From the NCBI GenBank assembly GCA_046541355.1, contig JBKHDM010000001.1, positions 1,014 through 65,013 of the forward strand: a stretch of 64,000 nucleotides of DNA. Direction: 5' to 3'. The stretch is from Spirochaetaceae bacterium (lineage in GTDB: Bacteria; Spirochaetota; Spirochaetia; DSM-27196; Alkalispirochaetaceae). Of the stretch, positions 52,507-61,198 are shown piece after piece. The translations under genes and the position numbers were made by a program. Under the pieces are notes generated by a model. That model saw only the letters and a program-made list of their open reading frames with translations. It made no database searches and was not told the DNA's origin. The first letter of the stretch is position 1. Each line of letters begins with the position of its first letter.

Positions 52507-53816
52507 GCGAGGCCCCGCTTTCGGGCCGCCTCTTTCGCCTCCCGGAAACGCTCTACCAGGGGGATCCTCGAGGGGCAGACGTGGGCGCAGATACCGCATT
52601 CCCGGCAGGACATGAGCCCCTCATCCACCGCCCGGCTCAGTTCCCCATGGTTGATCAGTTTGTGGAGCCTTGCGGGATTGAGACCGACCGGACAGCTCCT
52701 GATGCAGCGCCCGCACTGGATGCACGACAGTTGCGGCGCCTGACCTACCTCCCCCCTGGTCAGGGCGAGGATCGCCCGGGTCGTCTTGGTCACCGGCATG
52801 GTCACATCGGTTATCGTGTAACCCCGCATCACGCCGTTGAGGACGATGCGATCCGGCATCTCCGTGAGTCCGCCGCACTCCTGGATCAGCTCCTGGATCT
52901 GCATCCCGAGGCGGACTTTCAGGTTCTTCGGGGTTTTTATCGCGCCCCCGGCAACCGTGATAATCCGCTCTATCACCGGCTTGCGCAGGGCGATAGCCTC
53001 ATAGACCTCATGGGCGGAGGAAACGTTTATCACCAGCGCCCCTATATCGAGGGAACTCCCCCCGGGAGGAATCTCCCGGCCCGTCAGCCGCTGGAGAACG
53101 ATCTTTTCGTCACCCAGGGGATAGCGGTGAGGAAGCACCTTGACGCTCCAGGGAAGCTCCCTTTTGGCGACAACTTCCCGGAGGATAGCCGCGCTCTCCC
53201 GGTTACGGGACTCGAAGGCAAACACCACCCGACCAGGTGAAACGATCCGCTCGAGCATCTGAGCGCCCTCGATGATCTTTTCCGGGTAGAGCCGAACCAG
53301 CTGCTGGTCCGCCTGGAGGTTAGGGTCCGACTCGAGGGCGTTAATGACAAGCACCTCGACCTGCCGCTTCGAGGCGACATCGAGTTTTAGATGGGTCGGA
53401 TAGCCCTGGTCCCCCATCCCGACCACCCCGCGGTCGAGGAGCGCCTCCCTCAGTTGCGAGGCGGTCCGGCCACGCCAGTTATGAACCACCTCCTCCTTTC
53501 CCAGGCGGTCAAACTCGCCGTTGAGCTCGATGACGATCGCCTTGCACGGGGTGCCGTCAGGATCGACGAGATCGGTTATATCCCGTACCACCCCGGGGAT
53601 GGGAGCGTGTATTCTCGTGTCCCCGGAGCGCCCGATGAGCATCCCCTCCCGGACGGTATCACCCCGCTTGACCAGGGGCGAGGCGGGTTCGCCGTGATGC
53701 TGTTTCAGAGGTACCGTGCAGACTGTGGGGACGGCGGCGTTGGCGAAGGGTAACGGTTTGCTCCGGCCGTCGGTGAGGCGGATTCCACCATGTTGTCGCA
53801 GCGGGCCAAGATTCAT
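52503..53816 (-). CDS. rnfC: Rnf complex subunit C
   Basis: 437 aa. RnfC N-terminal/SLBB-like region and two 4Fe-4S motifs, CIQCGRCIRSCP and CRECGICAHVCP. Confidence 0.9.
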   Translation of the reverse strand: MNLGPLRQHGGIRLTDGRSKPLPFANAAVPTVCTVPLKQHHGEPASPLVKRGDTVREGMLIGRSGDTRIHAPIPGVVRDITDLVDPDGTPCKAIVIELNGEFDRLGKEEVVHNWRGRTASQLREALLDRGVVGMGDQGYPTHLKLDVASKRQVEVLVINALESDPNLQADQQLVRLYPEKIIEGAQMLERIVSPGRVVFAFESRNRESAAILREVVAKRELPWSVKVLPHRYPLGDEKIVLQRLTGREIPPGGSSLDIGALVINVSSAHEVYEAIALRKPVIERIITVAGGAIKTPKNLKVRLGMQIQELIQECGGLTEMPDRIVLNGVMRGYTITDVTMPVTKTTRAILALTRGEVGQAPQLSCIQCGRCIRSCPVGLNPARLHKLINHGELSRAVDEGLMSCRECGICAHVCPSRIPLVERFREAKEAARKRGLA

Positions 53817-55360
53817 GCCTCTCGTTTAGTACTCCTTGCGCCGGGGTTGCGGACGAGCGCAAGCCCGTAAAGAAAAAAGGGTGAAAAGGCGAAGACTACC
53901 GCCCCGGCGAGGGGGGCGGGCTTAAGGCTTGCCAAGTATAATCGGTCGAAAGTCGCCTGCTCAACCCCCGAGATTCGTGGTTGCGAGAGGAGGACCGAAT
54001 GCACCCCCGTATACTCGCTGCCTGAGGAAAGCACTCCATCGAGCCACTGCTGGTCAAAGGTTAGGATAACCTCCCGGCGCTCCACAAGCCGCCCTTCGAG
54101 GAGATCGTAGGTGGCAAGGGATACCTCCTCACCCTCCTCGGGCATCCTGTACTCCCCGCCGTAGAGTATGGTCTCCTGAAAGGCGCGGTGTGCAACGTAG
54201 CCTGCGAGGGTGGGCAGCTCCGCCACGGGGTCGAAAACCCGGTTCAGCGCCGGGTAGGTTACAGACCCTCCGAGGGGCTCGGTGGGAGCGGGTACCGGCG
54301 CGGTCTGTACCGGCGGGACCATCACCGCTACCGCCAGGAGGGCAAGGAGTCCGCCGGCCCCCCAGAGGATGCCACCCATTCCCGGGCCCGGAGGCGGGGC
54401 GCCGTAGCGGCGGGTGAGGATCCGCACCGAGGTAAAGGGGTGGTGCTCAAAGGATGCGTAGCGCAGATAGTCGGTAAGGAGCGTGAGGATAAAGGCGGAG
54501 GCCGCAAGCAGGAGCGTTGCGCCCCCCATGAGGGCGACGCCCCCCGGATCACCCCCGGTGATAAACAGGGCGAGTACCGCGATTGTCGCCCAGACCAGGG
54601 GGAGGGCATCCCCTACCGCCACCGCCCGAAGGATCCTCACCGGCCCCGGGATGTCGAGCTTGCGCACCTCCCCCCGGCTGCGCTGGAGCAGGTGGAGAAC
54701 CCCGAAGAGGATGAGCCCCCCGGATACCGCCCCCACTGCTCCGGTCGCCGCGAGGGGCAGAAAGCTCAACAGGATCGGCACCCCCGGAACCATAAGGGAG
54801 GGAAAGAAAAACAGCAGCACCCCCGCCCAGAGGGCAAAGAGCAGCACGAAAAGGAGGGAGTTCGCTCCCAGGGCGTCGAGGAGTATCCAATCCCCGCCGG
54901 TGGCCGGCCAGCCTCGTCCAAATCCCTGCCCGAGGCGGCGCCGCAGGAGGGTGAGAAGCTGCGGAACGCTCCGCTCCTTCTCGACCATGAGGAGGTGATA
55001 GCTCCCATCGGGGCCGGAGGTCCGGAAGAACCGGCCGAGACTCCGCAGATAGGGATCGTAGCGCGGGTCCGCCGGATCAAACCGCCCTTCGATCTCCCCG
55101 ACCGAGACCGCCTCCAGCTCCGGAAACCCCTGATACCGGGCGGTGGCGTTAACCAGGGATACTACCGCCGGCCCTCCGTCCTCCGTCAGCCGGGCGTGCG
55201 TCTCAAACAGATCCCTCCCTTCGCAGACGAGGAGAGTGTACCAGCCGTCCCAGATAGTGCCGCCCCCGGGAGCGGTTACCGCCATCGTGAGCAGGAACAT
55301 GGCTGACCAGATGAGCCACCCGGATAGAAGGGTTGCGACTCGGCGAAGGGGTGCGCGCAT
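53813..55360 (-). CDS. Uncharacterised polytopic membrane protein, translationally coupled to rnfC
   Basis: 515 aa. N-terminal TM, a soluble domain of about 150 aa, a central block of about 7 TM segments, a second soluble domain of about 130 aa, and a terminal TM. I recognise no family. Confidence 0.6.
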   Translation of the reverse strand: MRAPLRRVATLLSGWLIWSAMFLLTMAVTAPGGGTIWDGWYTLLVCEGRDLFETHARLTEDGGPAVVSLVNATARYQGFPELEAVSVGEIEGRFDPADPRYDPYLRSLGRFFRTSGPDGSYHLLMVEKERSVPQLLTLLRRRLGQGFGRGWPATGGDWILLDALGANSLLFVLLFALWAGVLLFFFPSLMVPGVPILLSFLPLAATGAVGAVSGGLILFGVLHLLQRSRGEVRKLDIPGPVRILRAVAVGDALPLVWATIAVLALFITGGDPGGVALMGGATLLLAASAFILTLLTDYLRYASFEHHPFTSVRILTRRYGAPPPGPGMGGILWGAGGLLALLAVAVMVPPVQTAPVPAPTEPLGGSVTYPALNRVFDPVAELPTLAGYVAHRAFQETILYGGEYRMPEEGEEVSLATYDLLEGRLVERREVILTFDQQWLDGVLSSGSEYTGVHSVLLSQPRISGVEQATFDRLYLASLKPAPLAGAVVFAFSPFFLYGLALVRNPGARSTKREA

Positions 55361-55872
55361 CAGAGCAGGCTAAAGGCCATTCCGAGAAAGAACCCGAGAA
55401 GCACTCCGACGGCAACTTCTGCGGGGGTGTGGCCGTTAATCTCCTTAACTGGTTCAAAGGCTATGCCGTACTCCAGGTTGAGCTTCGCGCCGAGCCGGTT
55501 GAGCGCCTGCGCCTGGGCACCCGCGGAGCGACGCACGCCGAGGGCGTCGCGAATCGTGAGCATTCCGTAGAAAAGGGCAAGGGTAAAGAGGGGACTCGAG
55601 GTGCCGTGGATAAAACCGATGGAGGTGGCGATACCGGTAACCAGGGAGGAGTGGCTCGAGGGCATACCGCCGGTGCGCCAGACAAGGGTGTTGAGAACAT
55701 CCCGGGAGCCTCGATGCTCCCCCCGGACGGTCTCGACGGCGACCTTGATGATCTGTGCGAGGAACCAACTGAAGAGGGCGGAAAGAAAAATACGGCTCGA
55801 GACCATGCCATAGATGTAAGAGACCGCCTGGCTCCGCATATACCGGCGCATTGTCGTCCGCTCTGTTAACAT
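55360..55872 (-). CDS. Divergent PAP2 (DUF212-like) membrane protein
   Basis: 170 aa. FLAQIIK...GGMPSSHSSLV...RDALGVRR resembles the acid-phosphatase/vanadium-haloperoxidase-related family. The start could be 55872, 55851 or 55839. A 1-nt stop/start overlap joins it to the downstream gene. Confidence 0.7.
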   Translation of the reverse strand: MLTERTTMRRYMRSQAVSYIYGMVSSRIFLSALFSWFLAQIIKVAVETVRGEHRGSRDVLNTLVWRTGGMPSSHSSLVTGIATSIGFIHGTSSPLFTLALFYGMLTIRDALGVRRSAGAQAQALNRLGAKLNLEYGIAFEPVKEINGHTPAEVAVGVLLGFFLGMAFSLL

Positions 55873-55916
55873 TTGTCAAGCTTGGCACCATTTCCTATAC
55901 TGCCCTCGGTATCATC

Positions 55917-57062
55917 ATGGCACGATCCGGCAGACAGTTTACCGCCGGCCGCGACGACGACGGCCGCCGCCTCGAACGGGTGCTGCGAAAGCTCTTTCCC
56001 GAGGTACCTCGCTCGGCGCTCAACAAGGCGCTGCGAAAAGGCGATGTCCGGATAAACGGGGTTAAGGTTAAGGCCGACCATCGTCTCACGGCGGGGGAGG
56101 AGGTGGAGATCCGCGCCTCCTTCGCCCCGGAGGCAAAGCCACCCCGGGAGCGCGCCTCTGCCCCCGCCGGCGGCGCCACCCCCCGGGCCCGCGCCACCCC
56201 CCGGGCCCACGCCCAGGGCGGAGCCTTTGACGCCGGGAGCGCCGGGGGCGCCGGGGCGTCGGTAGAGGTGCTCTACCGGGACGAGGATCTCATCGCGATA
56301 AACAAGGAGGCGGGAATCTCGGTCCACGGCGAGCGATCCCTCACCGGGCAGGTCAGGGCGCTTCTTGCCGGGACAGGTCAACCCTCCCTCTCTTTCAGGC
56401 CCGGCCCCCTCCATCGCCTGGACAAGGGGACCACGGGAGTCATTGTCTACAGCGTGTCCCTCGAGGGAGCTAGGAGGTTCTCCCAGGCGATGCGGGAGCG
56501 GCGACTAAAGAAAATCTACCTCGCCCTCCTCCGGGGCAGCCTGCCCTCGCCGGCACGCTGGCTCGACCTCCTCGAGCAGGAGGGCAAGGGGCGGGAGGCG
56601 GAACTGTCGGTGGTGCCGATTATCCGTGTCGAGGGGGCGACTATCGCCGCCTGCATGCCAAAGACCGGCCGCACCCACCAGATTCGCAGGCAGGCGGCCC
56701 TCCGGGGCTATCCGTTGGTCGGAGACCACGCCTACCAGGGCGATCACTCCGGCCGCCGTCTGCCGGGAGGCTACATACTCCACGCCCTGAGTCTCTCGGC
56801 GGAGCGTGATGAGGAGCTCGGTTTCACCACGATCCTCGCGCCCCTGCCCGAGGCTACGGCAAACCGCCTCGCCTCCTGGGTAACCTCGAGCAGGCCGGTG
56901 GAGCCGGCGCTACCGGAGTCGGGAGCGACCGCAGAGCTTGCCCGGCGGCTCAGCCGGCCGGTAGAGCGGCTCACCGAGGAGCCCGAAGCGGCGCCGTTTC
57001 TCCTTGCAACCATAGCCGCACAGCTCCACGATCACCGTTCGGTGCTACACGATGCGGTGTGA
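55917..57062 (+). CDS. RluA-family pseudouridine synthase with an S4 domain
   Basis: Internal ATG at 55917 in ORF 55851..57062. S4-like N-terminus (RLERVLRKLFPEV...), catalytic HRLDKGTTG, and a low-complexity insert plus a C-terminal extension. Confidence 0.8.
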   Translation: MARSGRQFTAGRDDDGRRLERVLRKLFPEVPRSALNKALRKGDVRINGVKVKADHRLTAGEEVEIRASFAPEAKPPRERASAPAGGATPRARATPRAHAQGGAFDAGSAGGAGASVEVLYRDEDLIAINKEAGISVHGERSLTGQVRALLAGTGQPSLSFRPGPLHRLDKGTTGVIVYSVSLEGARRFSQAMRERRLKKIYLALLRGSLPSPARWLDLLEQEGKGREAELSVVPIIRVEGATIAACMPKTGRTHQIRRQAALRGYPLVGDHAYQGDHSGRRLPGGYILHALSLSAERDEELGFTTILAPLPEATANRLASWVTSSRPVEPALPESGATAELARRLSRPVERLTEEPEAAPFLLATIAAQLHDHRSVLHDAV

Positions 57063-57081
57063 GATGAGATACACTTAAGAT

Positions 57082-57960
57082 ATGAAGAAATTTGTCGGCG
57101 TCCTGCTCTGGCCCTTCCGGTCGATCAGGGTCTTCGCCCTCGTCGGTAAGAGCGGCACGGGTAAGAGTTTCCGGGCGCGGCTTGTTATGGAAAAGCACAA
57201 CATAGAGATGATGATCGACGACGGCCTGCTCATCCGGGGCGACAAGATCATCGCGGGCAAATCGGCCAAGCGGGAGAGCAACTATCTCACCGCCGTAAAG
57301 ACCGCCCTGTTTACCGGAAAGGCGCACCGAAAAGAGGTTAAAACCGCCCTCGAACGGCAGAAGTTCAAGCGGATTCTCATCATCGGCACCTCCGAGCGGA
57401 TGATCAAAAAGATCGCAAAGACCCTTGGTCTGCCCGAACCGAGTCCGAAGCGGATTATCCAGATCGAAGATATCGCCACTACCGAGGAGATCGACACCGC
57501 CATCAACCATCGTCGACTCCAGGGGCGCCACGTGATCCCCGTCCCCACGATCGAGGTAAAACGGACCTACCCTCAGGTGATGACCGACTCGGTAAAGCTG
57601 TTCCTCCGCCGGGGACTCAACGTCTTTAAGAAACCAAACGTGATCGAAAAGACCGTTGTGCGGCCGGAGTTCAGCAAAAAGGGGAGCATTTCGATATCCG
57701 AGAGCGCCCTCAGTCAGATGATCATGCACTGCATCGATGAGTACTCCCCGGGGTTGCGGATAAGCAGGGTGACGGTAAAGCAGGATCACCGGGGATACCG
57801 GTTCGATATCTATGTAAACGTGCCCCACAACCTGCAGCTCTCCGGGAGTATCCACGGACTTCAGCAGTACATAATCGATCATATCGAACGGTTCACGGGT
57901 GTAATAATTGATGAACTAAATATCATTATTGATAATGTTGTGGAGAGCACCTACACTTGA
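57082..57960 (+). CDS. P-loop NTPase-like N-terminal domain fused to an Asp23/Gls24-like C-terminal domain
   Basis: 292 aa. Walker A-like GKSGTGKS at residues about 22-29. The C-terminal roughly 100 aa (ISISESALSQMIMHCIDEYSPGLRISRVTV...IYVNV...LQQYIIDHIERFTGVIIDELNIIIDNV) resembles the Asp23 family. The gene is visibly lower in GC than its neighbours. Confidence 0.55.
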   Translation: MKKFVGVLLWPFRSIRVFALVGKSGTGKSFRARLVMEKHNIEMMIDDGLLIRGDKIIAGKSAKRESNYLTAVKTALFTGKAHRKEVKTALERQKFKRILIIGTSERMIKKIAKTLGLPEPSPKRIIQIEDIATTEEIDTAINHRRLQGRHVIPVPTIEVKRTYPQVMTDSVKLFLRRGLNVFKKPNVIEKTVVRPEFSKKGSISISESALSQMIMHCIDEYSPGLRISRVTVKQDHRGYRFDIYVNVPHNLQLSGSIHGLQQYIIDHIERFTGVIIDELNIIIDNVVESTYT

Positions 57961-57978
57961 TTTCAGAGGAGACTGGTT

Positions 57979-59166
57979 ATGAAAACGCGCGTCCTGCTTC
58001 TGTTTTTGGTTCTGCTCTCTGCAACCCTCGCTTACGCCCAGAGTGAGACCTTCGAGTACACCAGCGAGCACTACCGGGTGCTCTCGCAGATCAGCGACGA
58101 CCACGCCGAGGAGACCTCCCTGAAGCTCGAGGCGATGTTGGCCCTCTATAACGACTACTTCAGGTTCGACCTCGACGCCCTGCCGGCACGAATGCAGGTC
58201 CGGATTTTCGAAGGCAAACCGGAGTTCGACAACTATCTGCAGCGGGTCCTCGGGGAGAGCAGGGAGGATTTTGTATATCTCCACTACAACGATGTCGCAA
58301 AGAGCGAGCTGGTCGGATTCGACCAGGATGATTCGGGGTTCGACGTAGCCCTGAAACACCAAGGCTTTATTCAGTACTTCCGGGCGTTCATTCCTCACCC
58401 TCCTCTCTGGCTCCGGGAGGGATTCGCCGTCTTTTTTGAGGAGGCGACCTACGATGAGCAGTTCCAGGCGGCCATCTACCGGGAGAACCTCGCCTGGCTC
58501 GACAGGCTCAAGGAGATCCTCGACGGCGAGTTTGATGCCCCGCCGATAGCGATGGCGGATATGCTGGACCTCGAGGTTGCCGAGGCGACCCGACGGATCG
58601 ACGTCTTCTACCCGCAGGCTTGGGGGATGGTCTCCTTCCTGGTCAACGCCCAGGACCGGGAGATCAACCGGATCCTCTGGGACTCCCTGAGCGCCCTGGA
58701 AGCGGACAACTCACTGGAGGAAAACGTCGCCGCCCTTAACAGGGAGGTCTTTCGCTGGGTTAATCAAGATGATCTTGAGGCAGCGTTTCTCGACTACGTC
58801 GACTCCCGGCGCTCCTTTCGAGGGCTTGTGGAAGGGGGGATGAGCGCCTACGAGGATGGCGATCTCGATACCGCGGAGGAGCACTTCGTTACCGCCGCCA
58901 ACCTCCGGCCTTCCAACCACATCGCCCCCTACTACCTCGGACTCATCGCCTATACCCGGCAGAACTACTCCCTCGCCGACTACTACTACGAGCAGGCCCT
59001 CGACCGCGGTGCCGACGAGGCGCTCACGAACTACGCCCTCGGCGTTAACGCCTACGCCGACAACCGTTTTGACCAGGCGATTACCTACCTCGAGCGAACC
59101 ATCGACATCAACCCGGAGCAGTATCGCGAGCGGGCGCAGGAGTTGCTTGTTCGTATCGAGAGTTAG
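57979..59166 (+). CDS. Secreted protein, DUF1570-like N-terminal region plus C-terminal TPR repeats
   Basis: 395 aa. Signal peptide MKTRVLLLFLVLLSATLAYAQ. PLWLREGFAVFFEE resembles DUF1570/MA-peptidase-like proteins. TPR-like repeats are present from about residue 300. Confidence 0.5.
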   Translation: MKTRVLLLFLVLLSATLAYAQSETFEYTSEHYRVLSQISDDHAEETSLKLEAMLALYNDYFRFDLDALPARMQVRIFEGKPEFDNYLQRVLGESREDFVYLHYNDVAKSELVGFDQDDSGFDVALKHQGFIQYFRAFIPHPPLWLREGFAVFFEEATYDEQFQAAIYRENLAWLDRLKEILDGEFDAPPIAMADMLDLEVAEATRRIDVFYPQAWGMVSFLVNAQDREINRILWDSLSALEADNSLEENVAALNREVFRWVNQDDLEAAFLDYVDSRRSFRGLVEGGMSAYEDGDLDTAEEHFVTAANLRPSNHIAPYYLGLIAYTRQNYSLADYYYEQALDRGADEALTNYALGVNAYADNRFDQAITYLERTIDINPEQYRERAQELLVRIES

Positions 59167-59195
59167 AAGCGCAGAAAACAGAGGGACGGCTATCC

Positions 59196-60284
59196 CTATC
59201 CCCGGAACTCGAAAAAGCGGTCCTGCTCATACCGCCGTTTCCGGCGAAAGATCATCGAAATCGCGTTTTCCACGCTCCGGTTAGGCGGCGTAACCGGTTT
59301 GAGAAACTCCTTCAGTTCGAAGTACGCCTCTTTCAAGGGGATCCGCTTGACCCCGGCGTGGCTGCTCTCGGTGAGCAGATAGTCCACGGCCAGGTAGGAG
59401 ATAGAGACCTCCCGGGGCAGGTCCCCTTCGCCCTCCCTGACGAGCGTGTCGAGGTCCCGGAGCCGCTGAAAGAACAGTTCCCGGTAGCCTCGTTTCTCCT
59501 TACGCTTGAGCAGCTCCGCCGGAGCCGGCAGGAGATACCTGAGGAGGTTGTAGTCTAAACACGCTTCAAAAATCGGCGCCGCGTAGCCGGAGTGGAGAAT
59601 CTTGAAGACCTCCTCGGTGAGTCGGCTTTCGGAGATCCCCTCGAGGAGAGCGACGCTGCGGCGCAATCTCCGTCGGAGACGAAACTGCATCTGGAAGCCC
59701 GTTGTCACCGAGTACTTGATCCCCCGGATCATCCGGACCGGGTCCTCCTCGAAGATACGCTCCAACGGGATGACCGGTCGCACAACCTTGGCGCCGATGT
59801 CCTTGACACCCCCGACAAAGTCGACAATCTCCTCCCTCACGGGAGAGTAATAGAGGGCGTTCAGGGTAAAGTCCCGACGAAGCACATCCTCCTGGATCGT
59901 TCCGTAGAGATTTCGAAACCCCTCGGAATCCTGAGCCCGGAACGTGGTGACCTCGATCACCTTGTCCCGTGCTTTCTCCCGAAAGACGACGTGGACCAGG
60001 CGGAAGCGCTTTCCGATTACCCTGCTGTTGCGAAAGAGCTTTCGTAGTCGGTTAGGGGTCGCGTCGGTGGCGATGTCGAAGTCCTTCGGCTGCTTGCCCA
60101 CAAGGAGATCCCGCACCGCCCCACCGACGATGTACGCGTCGTGACCGAAACGCTCGAGGCGACGGGCGACCTTGACCGCGTCGGGGTCAATATCCCGAAG
60201 CGAAATACCGTGTTCTTCCCGGGTGTAGATGTCGGCCTGTTTCTCTGCAGTGCCGTCTTCGGTGGTAAAGTAGCGCCGCCTCAA
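59196..60284 (-). CDS. Poly(A) polymerase / tRNA nucleotidyltransferase (CCA-adding) family protein
   Basis: 362 aa. GGAVRDLLVGKQPKDFDIAT head-domain motif, then RDFTLNALYY. Confidence 0.8.
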   Translation of the reverse strand: MRRRYFTTEDGTAEKQADIYTREEHGISLRDIDPDAVKVARRLERFGHDAYIVGGAVRDLLVGKQPKDFDIATDATPNRLRKLFRNSRVIGKRFRLVHVVFREKARDKVIEVTTFRAQDSEGFRNLYGTIQEDVLRRDFTLNALYYSPVREEIVDFVGGVKDIGAKVVRPVIPLERIFEEDPVRMIRGIKYSVTTGFQMQFRLRRRLRRSVALLEGISESRLTEEVFKILHSGYAAPIFEACLDYNLLRYLLPAPAELLKRKEKRGYRELFFQRLRDLDTLVREGEGDLPREVSISYLAVDYLLTESSHAGVKRIPLKEAYFELKEFLKPVTPPNRSVENAISMIFRRKRRYEQDRFFEFRG

Positions 60285-60285
60285 C

Positions 60286-61092
60286 TTAAGAGCTCATCCC
60301 CTTTACGGACGTAAGTACCGTGTCGATTATACTGTTCAACGCTTTTGCCGCCGGGGCGTCGGGGGAGGCGGCAATGTAGGGCATGCCCGCGTCCCCGGAC
60401 GCAACGAGGCTCGCCTCGAGGGGCACGCTTCCGAGAAAGGGCACGTCGAGTTCCTCCGCGGCTTTCTCCCCTCCTCCGGAACCGAAAACCGCGAGAGCGT
60501 CGGAGTCCCGCATGTTCTCGACAATACCGAGAATCGGGAGGTTCATCTTCCGGGCAAAGTCGACGCTCTTTCTGGAGTCGAGGATAGCCACGTCCTGCGG
60601 GGTGGTTACAATGATGCAGCCGGTGAGCTCCGGCAAGTACTGTCCGATAGTTAGCACCTCGTCGCCGGTCCCGGGAGGTGTATCGATGATCAGGTAGTCC
60701 AGGTCGCCCCAGACGATATCACCGAGAAACTGCTTTATAATGCCGAGCTTCATCGGGCCTCGCCAGATCAGGGCAGCGTCGGGGTCATAGCCGATCATCG
60801 CCACGCTCGCGGCCTTGAGCGTCGGCAGCACCTCCACCGGATCGATCTCCTCCTCGCTCCCGGTGAACCGGGCTGTCTCCACACCGAGCATCTTGCCGAG
60901 ATTGGGCCCGTGAATATCTGCGTCGAGGACGCCGACGTGCAGATCCCGAAGTGCCAGGGCGTAGGCGAGATTGACTGCCACCGTAGACTTACCCACACCC
61001 CCCTTTCCACTCATGACAACAATCTTGTACTTGACGCGTTCCATCCGCGCCTTCAGACGCTCATCCTGAGGGTTGGGCTTGCCTTGAATCAT
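60286..61092 (-). CDS. Mrp/NBP35-family Fe-S cluster carrier ATPase (ApbC-like)
   Basis: 268 aa. Deviant Walker A SGKGGVGKST and the ParA/MinD-like fold. Confidence 0.85.
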   Translation of the reverse strand: MIQGKPNPQDERLKARMERVKYKIVVMSGKGGVGKSTVAVNLAYALALRDLHVGVLDADIHGPNLGKMLGVETARFTGSEEEIDPVEVLPTLKAASVAMIGYDPDAALIWRGPMKLGIIKQFLGDIVWGDLDYLIIDTPPGTGDEVLTIGQYLPELTGCIIVTTPQDVAILDSRKSVDFARKMNLPILGIVENMRDSDALAVFGSGGGEKAAEELDVPFLGSVPLEASLVASGDAGMPYIAASPDAPAAKALNSIIDTVLTSVKGMSS

Positions 61093-61159
61093 CCTTGAGA
61101 TAGTAGCATAAGGGGAGGTGTTGTAAAAGCGCTTCCACCGGGCGGGAGGGGAGGATACT

Positions 61160-61184
61160 GCCTCGGAGCCGGAGGCTCCGAGGC
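61160..61184. terminator. Perfect 11-bp stem-loop downstream of the OMP-like gene (terminator-like, no U-tract)
   Basis: GCCTCGGAGCC-GGA-GGCTCCGAGGC, located 14 nt beyond the stop codon of gene 61199..62257. Confidence 0.4.
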
Positions 61185-61198
61185 GGGTAGAGACCGGA

